The notes under the pieces are model-generated. The model was not told where the DNA came from and did not search any database. It saw nothing but the letters and a program-made list of their open reading frames with translations. From contig JAZDLX010000174.1 in the NCBI GenBank assembly GCA_043801585.1, forward strand, positions 1-13,504: a DNA stretch of 13,504 nt, in the 5' to 3' direction. Positions 1 to 6,447 of this stretch are shown here, piece by piece; within the stretch, counting starts at the first letter, position 1; each line of letters opens with the position of its first letter. Origin of the DNA: a bacterium (GTDB lineage Bacteria; Electryoneota; Electryoneia; Electryoneales; Electryoneaceae). A program made the translations under genes and the position numbers.

Positions 1-25
1 CGTTATTAAAGCAATGGAGGCAATC

Positions 26-361
26 ATGAAGTGGGTTGATATGTTCTTCTATTTTGTGATGTTTTTTCTTGGAGCTGTAACCATCGGATCACTTCAATGG
101 TTCTTTACAGTCTTTATTGGAAATATCTTTTCATCAAAGAAAGAACCCCAATATTGGTGGACGTTCTATGATTTCTTAGCTGTCACAATAGAAATAAAAT
201 CAGCTACAGTTGTTACAATAATTTACAGTATTGGTTCATTCTATTGGTTTAGTAGACTTCATGGTACTGGTGGTTTTATGGACTATTTCTCATATTATTT
301 ACTGTTTTTAAGTTTTGATATGCTGATTGGGATGATTTCATACAAGAAGAGTCGGGCATGA
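26..361 (+). CDS. Hypothetical integral membrane protein (about 111 aa, about 3 hydrophobic segments)
   Basis: ORF track gives 14..361; GGAGG at 16-20 favours the ATG at 26 (MKWVDMFF). Phe/Ile/Leu-rich hydrophobic stretches. The stop overlaps the next start (ATGA 358-361). Confidence 0.7.
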   Translation: MKWVDMFFYFVMFFLGAVTIGSLQWFFTVFIGNIFSSKKEPQYWWTFYDFLAVTIEIKSATVVTIIYSIGSFYWFSRLHGTGGFMDYFSYYLLFLSFDMLIGMISYKKSRA

Positions 362-531
362 AAAAGAAACAAACGTCTTTCTACCTGTCAGAAGAGTTTG
401 CTGATTTGTTGAAACGTGCTTCTTTGACGTACAACAATTATGCTTCTGAACTGGTAGAAAAATTCATGATGGAAAGTCTAAGGAAACTGGAAAAGAAAGA
501 TGGTGAGTTCATGAAAGCGAGGGAATTATGA
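358..531 (+). CDS. Small ribbon-helix-helix (CopG/Arc/MetJ-like) DNA-binding protein, 57 aa
   Basis: Translated by hand: MKKKQTSFYLSEEFADLLKRASLTYNNYASELVEKFMMESLRKLEKKDGEFMKAREL*. Alternating beta pattern TSFYL, then helix A (SEEFADLLKRAS) and helix B starting S-E-L-V. ATGA overlaps with both neighbours. Absent from the ORF track, whose shortest entries are 60 aa. Confidence 0.72.
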   Translation: MKKKQTSFYLSEEFADLLKRASLTYNNYASELVEKFMMESLRKLEKKDGEFMKAREL

Positions 532-1112
532 TTAGCAATATCGGAACTAAGTTACTGTATTTTCATAGTGCAATTGTTCAATCATCGAGTACTTTGTTAG
601 CTATTATTGTTGCAGGCATAATCTTTAAAACTCAGTATCATGAATCGGGTTTACGGGAGACAAGATTTAGAAAACAAGAATTATATAAGAATCTTCTTCA
701 ATACTATCCAAAGTTAAATGCACTTCCAGAACATAAACGACCAAAAGACATAGAAGATAAGGGAAATATACTCAAAACTAAACTCGACAATAAACCACTT
801 GATACTGATGTAATAAAGTATCAAGCAATATGTGATTATGCGAGATATCATAATATGGAATGGAGAGATATTGCTAATAGGACAAATCTTCAAGCGGAAG
901 TTATCGCAATGTTTATGCTATTGATATCAATTGTTTCTTCATCAGTCTATATGATCTGTACTGTCAACAGTCTTCATCCATATTGCACTCTTATATCTTT
1001 ATCCACGCTCTTGTCGGCAATTTATTTTCTATTCTATTCCATTTTGCATATTGTGCCCATAAAAGCAAACAATATGCTAAGAGAAATGGATTTCTCGATC
1101 AATGTCGAGTAG
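528..1112 (+). CDS. Hypothetical membrane protein, 194 aa (one N-terminal TM, soluble middle, two C-terminal TMs)
   Basis: Long ORF in AT-rich DNA, ATGA-coupled to the upstream gene. Hydrophobic segments TLLAIIVAGIIF, VIAMFMLLISIVSSSVYMI and LISLSTLLSAIYFLFYSILHIV. Confidence 0.72.
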   Translation: MISNIGTKLLYFHSAIVQSSSTLLAIIVAGIIFKTQYHESGLRETRFRKQELYKNLLQYYPKLNALPEHKRPKDIEDKGNILKTKLDNKPLDTDVIKYQAICDYARYHNMEWRDIANRTNLQAEVIAMFMLLISIVSSSVYMICTVNSLHPYCTLISLSTLLSAIYFLFYSILHIVPIKANNMLREMDFSINVE

Positions 1113-1198
1113 ATGAAAGCCCGTCCAAAGCTGAACGACGGCTGGCTTGGGTTGTCCACATATTGGTGGATTACCCGGGAACTGCAAAGGTAGGATAC

Positions 1199-1232
1199 AA
1201 AACGCCATGCGGCTGATTGCCACATGGCGTTT
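1199..1232 (-). terminator. Rho-independent terminator of trxB (possibly bidirectional)
   Basis: Minus strand reads AAACGCCATGTGGC-AATCA-GCCGCATGGCGTTT followed by TGT: a 14-bp stem with one G-U pair, about 22 nt after the trxB stop. Confidence 0.75.
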
Positions 1233-1254
1233 ACGATTCTATTCGTTCAATCAA

Positions 1255-2241
1255 TCAGGCGCTGGCTTCCGCCTTGGCTTCTTTCTTCACTTCCTTCGAA
1301 CCTTCACGCGATTCCAGCCAACGTTCGGCGTCGATCGCGGCCTGGCAGCCGGACCCGGCGGCGGTGACCGCCTGGCGGTAGATCTTGTCACGCACGTCGC
1401 CCGCGGCGAATACACCCTCGATCTTCGTCTTTGAGGAGCCGGGATCGGCGATCAGGTAGCCGGTCTCGTCCATATCGAGCTGGCCGACGAACAGGTCCGT
1501 GTTTGGCTTGTGGCCGATAGCGAGGAACAGCCCCTGCACGGGCAATTCGCTCTCTTCACCGGTAACGGTGTCACGAAGTTTCAACGCAGTAACGCTCGCT
1601 TCTTTCGAACCAAGCACCTCAGTCACAATTTTGTTCCAATGCACGGTGATCTTTTCGTTTTCGAGCACACGTTCCCGCATGATCTTGCTCGCCCTGAATT
1701 CATCACGGCGATGCAGGATGTGCACACGGGTGGCGAAACGGGTGAGGAAGGTCGCCTCTTCCATCGCTGTATCGCCGCCGCCTACCACTGCCACTTCCTT
1801 GCCGGTGAAGAAGAAACCATCGCAGGTCGCACACGCCGACACGCCGTATCCCTTCAACGCCTGTTCGCTCTCGAGGTTCAGCCATTTCGCCGAGGCGCCC
1901 GTGGCGATGATGATGGCGTCCGCCGTGTAATGGGCATCATCCGTGTCGATGGGAAACGGCGAGCCGCTGGTCAGGTCAACTTTGGTCGCGTCGACTGCAC
2001 GGGTCTCCGCACCGAACCGTTCCGCCTGAGCTTTCAACTGATCCATCAGTTCGGGACCGGTGACCCCCTCGGGGAAACCGGGGTAGTTTTCCACGTCGGT
2101 GGTGATCATCAACTGTCCACCTGCCGCCAGTCCTTCCAGGACCATTACCGAGAGGTTTGCACGGGATGCGTAGATTGCCGCCGTGTAGCCTGCGGGGCCG
2201 CTCCCGATGATGACAACCTGGTAGTGCTTGGAATCCGCCAT
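1255..2241 (-). CDS. trxB: Thioredoxin-disulfide reductase (low-Mr, NADPH-dependent)
   Basis: GSGPAGYTAA FAD motif, ENYPGF, redox CATCDG, VGGGDTAMEEA NADPH motif, HRRDEFRAS, GVFAAGDV, YRQAVTAAGSGC. GGAG just upstream of the ATG. Confidence 0.97.
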   Translation of the reverse strand: MADSKHYQVVIIGSGPAGYTAAIYASRANLSVMVLEGLAAGGQLMITTDVENYPGFPEGVTGPELMDQLKAQAERFGAETRAVDATKVDLTSGSPFPIDTDDAHYTADAIIIATGASAKWLNLESEQALKGYGVSACATCDGFFFTGKEVAVVGGGDTAMEEATFLTRFATRVHILHRRDEFRASKIMRERVLENEKITVHWNKIVTEVLGSKEASVTALKLRDTVTGEESELPVQGLFLAIGHKPNTDLFVGQLDMDETGYLIADPGSSKTKIEGVFAAGDVRDKIYRQAVTAAGSGCQAAIDAERWLESREGSKEVKKEAKAEASA

Positions 2242-2299
2242 TGCTCCGTCCGTTGGTTGAAGTTGGTCGTTGTGCGTTTTTCGCGATGAACTTTTAGGA

Positions 2300-2328
2300 C
2301 AGCATGATCATGCTGATGGCCTGGTCAA
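2300..2328 (-). promoter_or_regulatory. Putative sigma70 promoter of trxB overlapped by a perfect 16-bp palindrome
   Basis: Minus strand TTGACC (2328-2323), N16, CATGCT (2306-2301). Palindrome CAGCATGATCATGCTG at 2300-2315. Confidence 0.4.
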
Positions 2329-2361
2329 CCTGTCCCAGAAATCCCATCTCAGGCACTTCGC

Positions 2362-3078
2362 CTATTCGTTGGCTGTCACTGCCTGCGCCACTGCCAGCAC
2401 CGCGGCGGTTTCCGAGCGAAGGCGGCGTGAACCGAGGCGTACCCGGAGAAATCCATGCTGCTGGAAGGTCTCGATTTCTTCATCCGCAAACCCTCCTTCC
2501 GGACCGATGGCGATCACGATGTTCTGGCCTACGGGAGGACAGGGGAAGGAATCGCCATCCACGTCGAGCAGCAATTTCAGATCATTTGCCTCTTCTTGGA
2601 TGCACCAGCGGTCGTAGGGTTGTGCATTTCGGAGAGGCGGCAGGAAACCTCGTCCGCACTGTTTCGCTGCAGCGAGGGCAATCCTTCCGCAGCGGGCGGC
2701 ACGATAATCGGGCCATTTGGCGACTGTATACCGGCTGATAAGCGGTGAGATTTCCCGGACTCCCGCCTGTACACACAGATCCACTGCCGTCTCGAAATGA
2801 TCCGATTTCAATACGCAGAGGCCCAGTTTGACCCTGACTGGGGGTTCGTGCCAACTGTCAAAATGTTCACCCAATTCAAGGGTTGCCTCCTTGTGGTCAC
2901 CCGAGAGGAGGCGGGCCTTCCAGGCGGAACCGAGGCCATCGATCACGATCAACTGTTCTCCGGGACGGGATCGGCGCACCCTGATCAGGTGATTAGCCTC
3001 CTGATTCACCAGTTGGGCGCGATGCGTGTCAATGTCGATGTGTTCGGGCAACGCCCTGTATACTTCAATTTGTGCCAT
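2362..3078 (-). CDS. rsmE: 16S rRNA m3U1498 methyltransferase RsmE (SPOUT family)
   Basis: HLIRVRR, IALAAAKQCGRG, IGPEGGF and LGSRRLRSETAA motifs. The start is most likely MAQIEV at 3078 (238 aa). The ORF-track extension to 3318 would overlap the divergent gene. Confidence 0.93.
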   Translation of the reverse strand: MAQIEVYRALPEHIDIDTHRAQLVNQEANHLIRVRRSRPGEQLIVIDGLGSAWKARLLSGDHKEATLELGEHFDSWHEPPVRVKLGLCVLKSDHFETAVDLCVQAGVREISPLISRYTVAKWPDYRAARCGRIALAAAKQCGRGFLPPLRNAQPYDRWCIQEEANDLKLLLDVDGDSFPCPPVGQNIVIAIGPEGGFADEEIETFQQHGFLRVRLGSRRLRSETAAVLAVAQAVTANE

Positions 3079-3163
3079 AGGTGAAAGATAACTTCCCTCC
3101 GCAGAAAACGCCATACAGGTTTCATCGCATCCGAATCCTGCCCCACGAGATGACTTCGCAAGA

Positions 3164-3197
3164 TTGCATAAAGTAAGAAAAAATCGTACTTTTGCAA
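3164..3197. promoter_or_regulatory. Putative overlapping divergent promoters for rsmE and the peptidase gene
   Basis: + strand TTGCAT(3164-3169)-N17-TACTTT(3187-3192); - strand TTGCAA-N16-TACTTT, in an AT-rich patch between divergent genes. Confidence 0.45.
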
Positions 3198-3275
3198 GTT
3201 CATGAAGCGAGGGCACATGGGGTGCCGTGGCCATTTTGCGGACCTGTACAGGCATCCGCAACGAAGGAGATCCTG

Positions 3276-4895
3276 TTGACGGGGAATAAAGAAGCGGAAA
3301 AGACTTTAAAAGCGACACTTACAGCGGCAGATTCGGCACTGACTCCATTGCGGAACCAGGTTGAATTGACTCAATGGCGTGCCGAACTTTCCGGAACGGC
3401 GAAAAACTTCAAATCCGCACAGGATGCGATGATAAAGTATCGTCGTGCCCTTAACAACCCCAAGCTCTTTGAGGAGCTCACCCGGCGTCTTACCGATCCC
3501 GGGATTCAGGACCTGATGTTGCGCCGATGGACGTTTCTGCTGCGTCACGAAATGGCGCCCTTCCTGCTCGACAGGAAAGTTGTTGATGATATCATAAAAC
3601 GGGAAAAGAAACTCGAAGCAAAAGTGACCAATTTTCGTCCCAAAGTTGGCGGAAAACAGGTCACAGCGAACCGGGTTGCCCAGATTCTTCGTTCCGGCAG
3701 CGATATCGACGAGCGTCGAGAAGCCTGGACGGCGAGCAAGGAGATCGGGCTCGAAGTTGCGGATGAAATGCGTGAGCTCGTTCGTGCCCGCAACCTTGCC
3801 GCCCGGGGACGGGGATTCCCGGACTATTACCGGATGATGCTTGAACTGCAGGAGATCGACGAAGCGAGGTTGTTTGGCCAGCTTGGCATGTTCGCCTCGC
3901 GGAGTGAGGATACGTTCCGCCGGATGAAAGCCCGGATGGACCGGTTGCTTGCCGACAAGTGGGGGGTGGACGCCATTGATCTCGAACCGTGGCATTACTC
4001 CGATCCTTTTTTCCAGGAGGTGCCGCCGATTTTAGGTGCGGACCTCGATCCGATCTACCAGGGTCGCAACACACTGGATTGGGTTCGCAGTTTCTTTGGC
4101 GGCAACGGCCTTTCCATCGCGAAGATTCAGAAAAAAGGTGATTACTACGAACGCAAGAACAAGTCGGCGGGGGCATTCTGCACCCACATCGACCGTTCAG
4201 GAGATGTCCGCGTCTCTCTGAACCTGCAGGAGAACACGTATTGGGCGGGAGTTGCGCTTCATGAATTCGGCCATGCGGTCTATGAGCTTTTCCTCGATAA
4301 GAAACTCCCGCACGCACTTCGCCGACCGGCTCACATTTCAACCACCGAAGCCATCGCGATGTTCTTCAACCGGCTCGTCCGAAACCTGGAGTGGATGGTC
4401 GAGATGTTCAACCTGACCGGCCCGCAGATCCGCGATCTGGATCAGACGTTGCAGGAAGAGCAGCGAATGCAGATGGCGGTGTTCGGACGTTGGTGCCTGG
4501 TGATGATCCATTTTGAACGTGGGCTCTATCGAGATCCAGACCAGGACCAGCAACAGCGCTGGTGGGACCTGGTGGAACGCTTCCAGTTGTTACGCCGTCC
4601 AAAGGGGCGGGAAAACCACAAGGATTGGGCGGTGAAATCACACCTTGTGAATGCACCGGTCTATTACCAGAATTATCTGCTCGGGGAGTGGCAGGCGAGC
4701 ATGATAAACAACGCCATGATTCGCGACCTGAAGCTCGAGGAACCGGTTTCCTGGGTGAAGAACCGTGAGGTCGGAAAGTGGCTGAAGGAGAAGCTTTTCC
4801 GTGAAGGTGCGACCTGGGAATTCAATGAGTTGATGCGGAATGCCACTGGCAGCTCAGTGCGCCCGGATGAGTTTCTGGGACAATATTTCTATTGA
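3276..4895 (+). CDS. Zinc metallopeptidase, M3/M2 (oligoendopeptidase / peptidyl-dipeptidase-like) gluzincin
   Basis: HEFGH zinc motif, third-ligand motif TTEAIAMFF, and H..APVYYQNY. AAGGAG at 3264-3269 favours a TTG start at 3276 (539 aa) over 3192. No obvious signal peptide. Confidence 0.88.
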   Translation: MTGNKEAEKTLKATLTAADSALTPLRNQVELTQWRAELSGTAKNFKSAQDAMIKYRRALNNPKLFEELTRRLTDPGIQDLMLRRWTFLLRHEMAPFLLDRKVVDDIIKREKKLEAKVTNFRPKVGGKQVTANRVAQILRSGSDIDERREAWTASKEIGLEVADEMRELVRARNLAARGRGFPDYYRMMLELQEIDEARLFGQLGMFASRSEDTFRRMKARMDRLLADKWGVDAIDLEPWHYSDPFFQEVPPILGADLDPIYQGRNTLDWVRSFFGGNGLSIAKIQKKGDYYERKNKSAGAFCTHIDRSGDVRVSLNLQENTYWAGVALHEFGHAVYELFLDKKLPHALRRPAHISTTEAIAMFFNRLVRNLEWMVEMFNLTGPQIRDLDQTLQEEQRMQMAVFGRWCLVMIHFERGLYRDPDQDQQQRWWDLVERFQLLRRPKGRENHKDWAVKSHLVNAPVYYQNYLLGEWQASMINNAMIRDLKLEEPVSWVKNREVGKWLKEKLFREGATWEFNELMRNATGSSVRPDEFLGQYFY

Positions 4896-4919
4896 CCGGT
4901 CGATGTGGAGGCACTTCGG

Positions 4920-5573
4920 ATGAAGGTGCATACTTTGACCGTCGGACCACTGGAAACGAACGGCTACGTCCTCGAACACGAGGGTGTGGCCGTTGTTTTT
5001 GATCCCGGCGATGAGCCGGAACGGTTTCTCGACCTTGTCAATCAGCGGAACCTGCGGGTCGTTGCGATCCCGCTCACTCACGGTCACATCGATCACATTG
5101 GCGCTGTCGGTGCATTGCGGGCTGTGTGGCCGGATGCTCCGGTGATTTGTCATCTCATTGACGCCCCGATGTTGACCAGTCCGGAACTGAACCTCTCACT
5201 GTTCATGGGGCACAAAGTGAAAGTCGGCGAACCGGATCAACTGGTGGAATGCGGGGAAGAGCTGGTGTTCGGGCCGATTCGGCTCGAAGTCCGGTGCATT
5301 CCCGGACACACTCCGGGGCAAGTCGTGTTTGTCGTGCCTGAAGCTGGTGTTATTACCGGGGATACTCTATTCGCGGGGGGAGTGGGACGATGGGATTTGC
5401 CCGGGGGCGATGGATTCGCGCTGATCAGGGCGATCAAAGAGCAGCTTCTGACCCTGCCTGATGACACCATGTTGTATCCGGGGCATGGACCCGCGACGAC
5501 CATCGGCAGGGAAAAACGCACCAATCCCTTTCTGAAAGAAGATTTTTCCCCGGAGACCCAGGATTTCTTCTGA
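4920..5573 (+). CDS. MBL-fold metallo-hydrolase (glyoxalase II / YcbL-like)
   Basis: THGHIDHIG (HxHxDH), PGHTPG, TGDTLFAGGVGRWDLPGG, YPGHGPATTIGRE. GGAGG at 4907-4911 fits the ATG at 4920. Confidence 0.92.
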   Translation: MKVHTLTVGPLETNGYVLEHEGVAVVFDPGDEPERFLDLVNQRNLRVVAIPLTHGHIDHIGAVGALRAVWPDAPVICHLIDAPMLTSPELNLSLFMGHKVKVGEPDQLVECGEELVFGPIRLEVRCIPGHTPGQVVFVVPEAGVITGDTLFAGGVGRWDLPGGDGFALIRAIKEQLLTLPDDTMLYPGHGPATTIGREKRTNPFLKEDFSPETQDFF

Positions 5574-5646
5574 GCAGTGCCCCGCTTGGTTGGAAAAAGA
5601 GTGACAATCACCCCCCTTGTGTTATAGAAGCTGTTTCGTTTATCTC

Positions 5647-5886
5647 ATAGCCCGGGATCATCGCGTCCCGGGGAAGAAACTGGAGATCACCGCGCGATTC
5701 CGAACAAACGGCATCGCTGGTGATGACACCTGTTGTTGTGTAGCCCGGGACCATCGCGTCCCGGGGAAGAAACTGGAGATCACCGCGCGATTCCGAACAA
5801 ACGGCATCGCTGGTGATGACACCTGTTGTCGTGTAGCCCGGGATCATCGCGTCCCGGGGAAGAAACTGTGTCCCGGGGAAAAACTG
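5647..5886 (+). repeat. 93-bp tandem repeat (about 2.4 copies) built from two REP-like hairpins
   Basis: TAGCCCGGGA recurs at 5648, 5741 and 5834. Unit = (G/A)TAG-CCCGGGA-N8-TCCCGGG-GAAGAAACT plus a second hairpin ATCACC-GC-GCGATTCCG-AACAAA-CGGCATCGC-T-GGTGAT. Copies differ by only a few substitutions. A partial extra GTCCCGGGGAAAAACTG lies at 5870-5886. Confidence 0.92.
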
Positions 5887-5902
5887 CGGGCTATCCGAGT
5901 GG

Positions 5903-5928
5903 GTGGCCCGACTTGCTCTCAGGTCGGG
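5903..5928 (+). repeat. Single GTGG-tagged REP-like hairpin
   Basis: GTGG-CCCGACTTG-CTCT-CAGGTCGGG: 9-bp stem with one G-T pair, with the same CCCG...CGGG base as neighbouring palindromes. Confidence 0.5.
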
Positions 5929-5993
5929 TTTCATACAGTGTTGTCTCCAACGTCACCCCGAATCATCAACCTTAAAAGTGTTTGAAAGTGAAC

Positions 5994-6070
5994 GAAGCCC
6001 GGATTCTCGAATCCGGGATTGTCATGAGCAGGGTTGATCATTTTATCCCGGAATCAAGATTCCGGGCTAC
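5994..6070. repeat. Inverted REP doublet (REPIN-like)
   Basis: GAAG-CCCGGATTC-TC-GAATCCGGG-AT (5994-6019, +) and GTAG-CCCGGAATC-TT-GATTCCGGG-AT (6070-6045, -), separated by 25 bp. Confidence 0.75.
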
Positions 6071-6122
6071 ATGCTGCATTTCTGCCCATCCCCTTCGGTC
6101 AGATACGTTGACGCTTCCCAAC

Positions 6123-6150
6123 AAAAAAGCGTCCCGTTGCCGGGACGCTT
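6123..6150 (-). terminator. Rho-independent terminator of tatA
   Basis: Minus strand AAGCGTCCCG-GCAA-CGGGACGCTTTTTT: perfect 10-bp stem, GNRA loop and U-tract, 30 nt after the tatA stop. Confidence 0.85.
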
Positions 6151-6180
6151 CCGATTCTTGATCTCAGGTTTGCCAACCGA

Positions 6181-6390
6181 TCAGGATTTCTTCTCCGAAT
6201 CCGAAGAATCTTTATCAGCGATTTTCTTCTCTTCCTCGTCGCCTTCGCGGATTCCCTTTTTGAACTCCTTGATGCCACTGCCAATGCCGCGCATCATCTC
6301 GGGAATCTTCTTTCCGCCGAACAGGATAATCACGGCGACGACGACGACGATGAGCTCCCAATGGCCTGGAATGTAAAGCGGTAGGATCAT
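6181..6390 (-). CDS. tatA: Twin-arginine translocase subunit TatA/E
   Basis: G-HWELIVVVVAVIILFG-GKKIPEMMRGIGSGIKEFKKG (TM, FG hinge, amphipathic helix, charged tail). GGAG lies 8 nt upstream. Confidence 0.95.
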   Translation of the reverse strand: MILPLYIPGHWELIVVVVAVIILFGGKKIPEMMRGIGSGIKEFKKGIREGDEEEKKIADKDSSDSEKKS

Positions 6391-6447
6391 GAATGTGGCT
6401 CCAGAAAGTTGCTCCCGGTGGCGGCCGCAGCCATCCGGTACTCCGGG

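Larger units (their letters stand above)
1..1186. mobile_element. Right end of a probable AT-rich genomic island or integrative element (left part outside the window)
   Basis: Sampled lines are 30-35% GC, against a clearly GC-rich flank from trxB onward. Contains tightly ATGA-coupled hypothetical genes including an RHH-like protein, with a candidate att-like site at 1149-1186. No integrase is visible in the window. Confidence 0.55.

Noticed and set aside
1183..1192. Bacteroidota-type TAnnTTTG promoter motif (TACCTTTGCA on -, also TACTTTTG at 3187)
   Set aside because: A short motif, and the frequent Shine-Dalgarno sequences and TTGAC-type elements here do not point to Bacteroidota-style expression signals.
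983..1225. Short ORFs 983..1216 (+) and 1034..1225 (-) across the island border
   Set aside because: They overlap the 194-aa gene and the terminator, with no RBS or motif support.
1164..1250. Complete tRNA gene on the minus strand
   Set aside because: Only a 3'-tail-like 23-mer is present. There is no D arm, anticodon arm or 5' acceptor strand, and the upstream sequence is the trxB terminator.
1499..2289. 143-aa and 259-aa + strand ORFs
   Set aside because: Antisense to the unambiguous trxB.
3306..4341. 229-aa and 226-aa - strand ORFs
   Set aside because: Antisense to the peptidase gene; no motifs.
5647..5868. CRISPR array: three 34-bp palindromic repeats ending in GAAAC at regular spacing
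   Set aside because: The two 59-bp 'spacers' are identical except for one base and are themselves hairpins, and no cas genes are adjacent. This fits a tandem REP-like duplication.
5608..5985. ORFs 5608..5934 (-) and 5617..5985 (+) with 31-aa repeats
   Set aside because: They stay open because the 93-bp period is a multiple of 3. No RBS or protein-like features, and the conservation is better explained by DNA hairpins.
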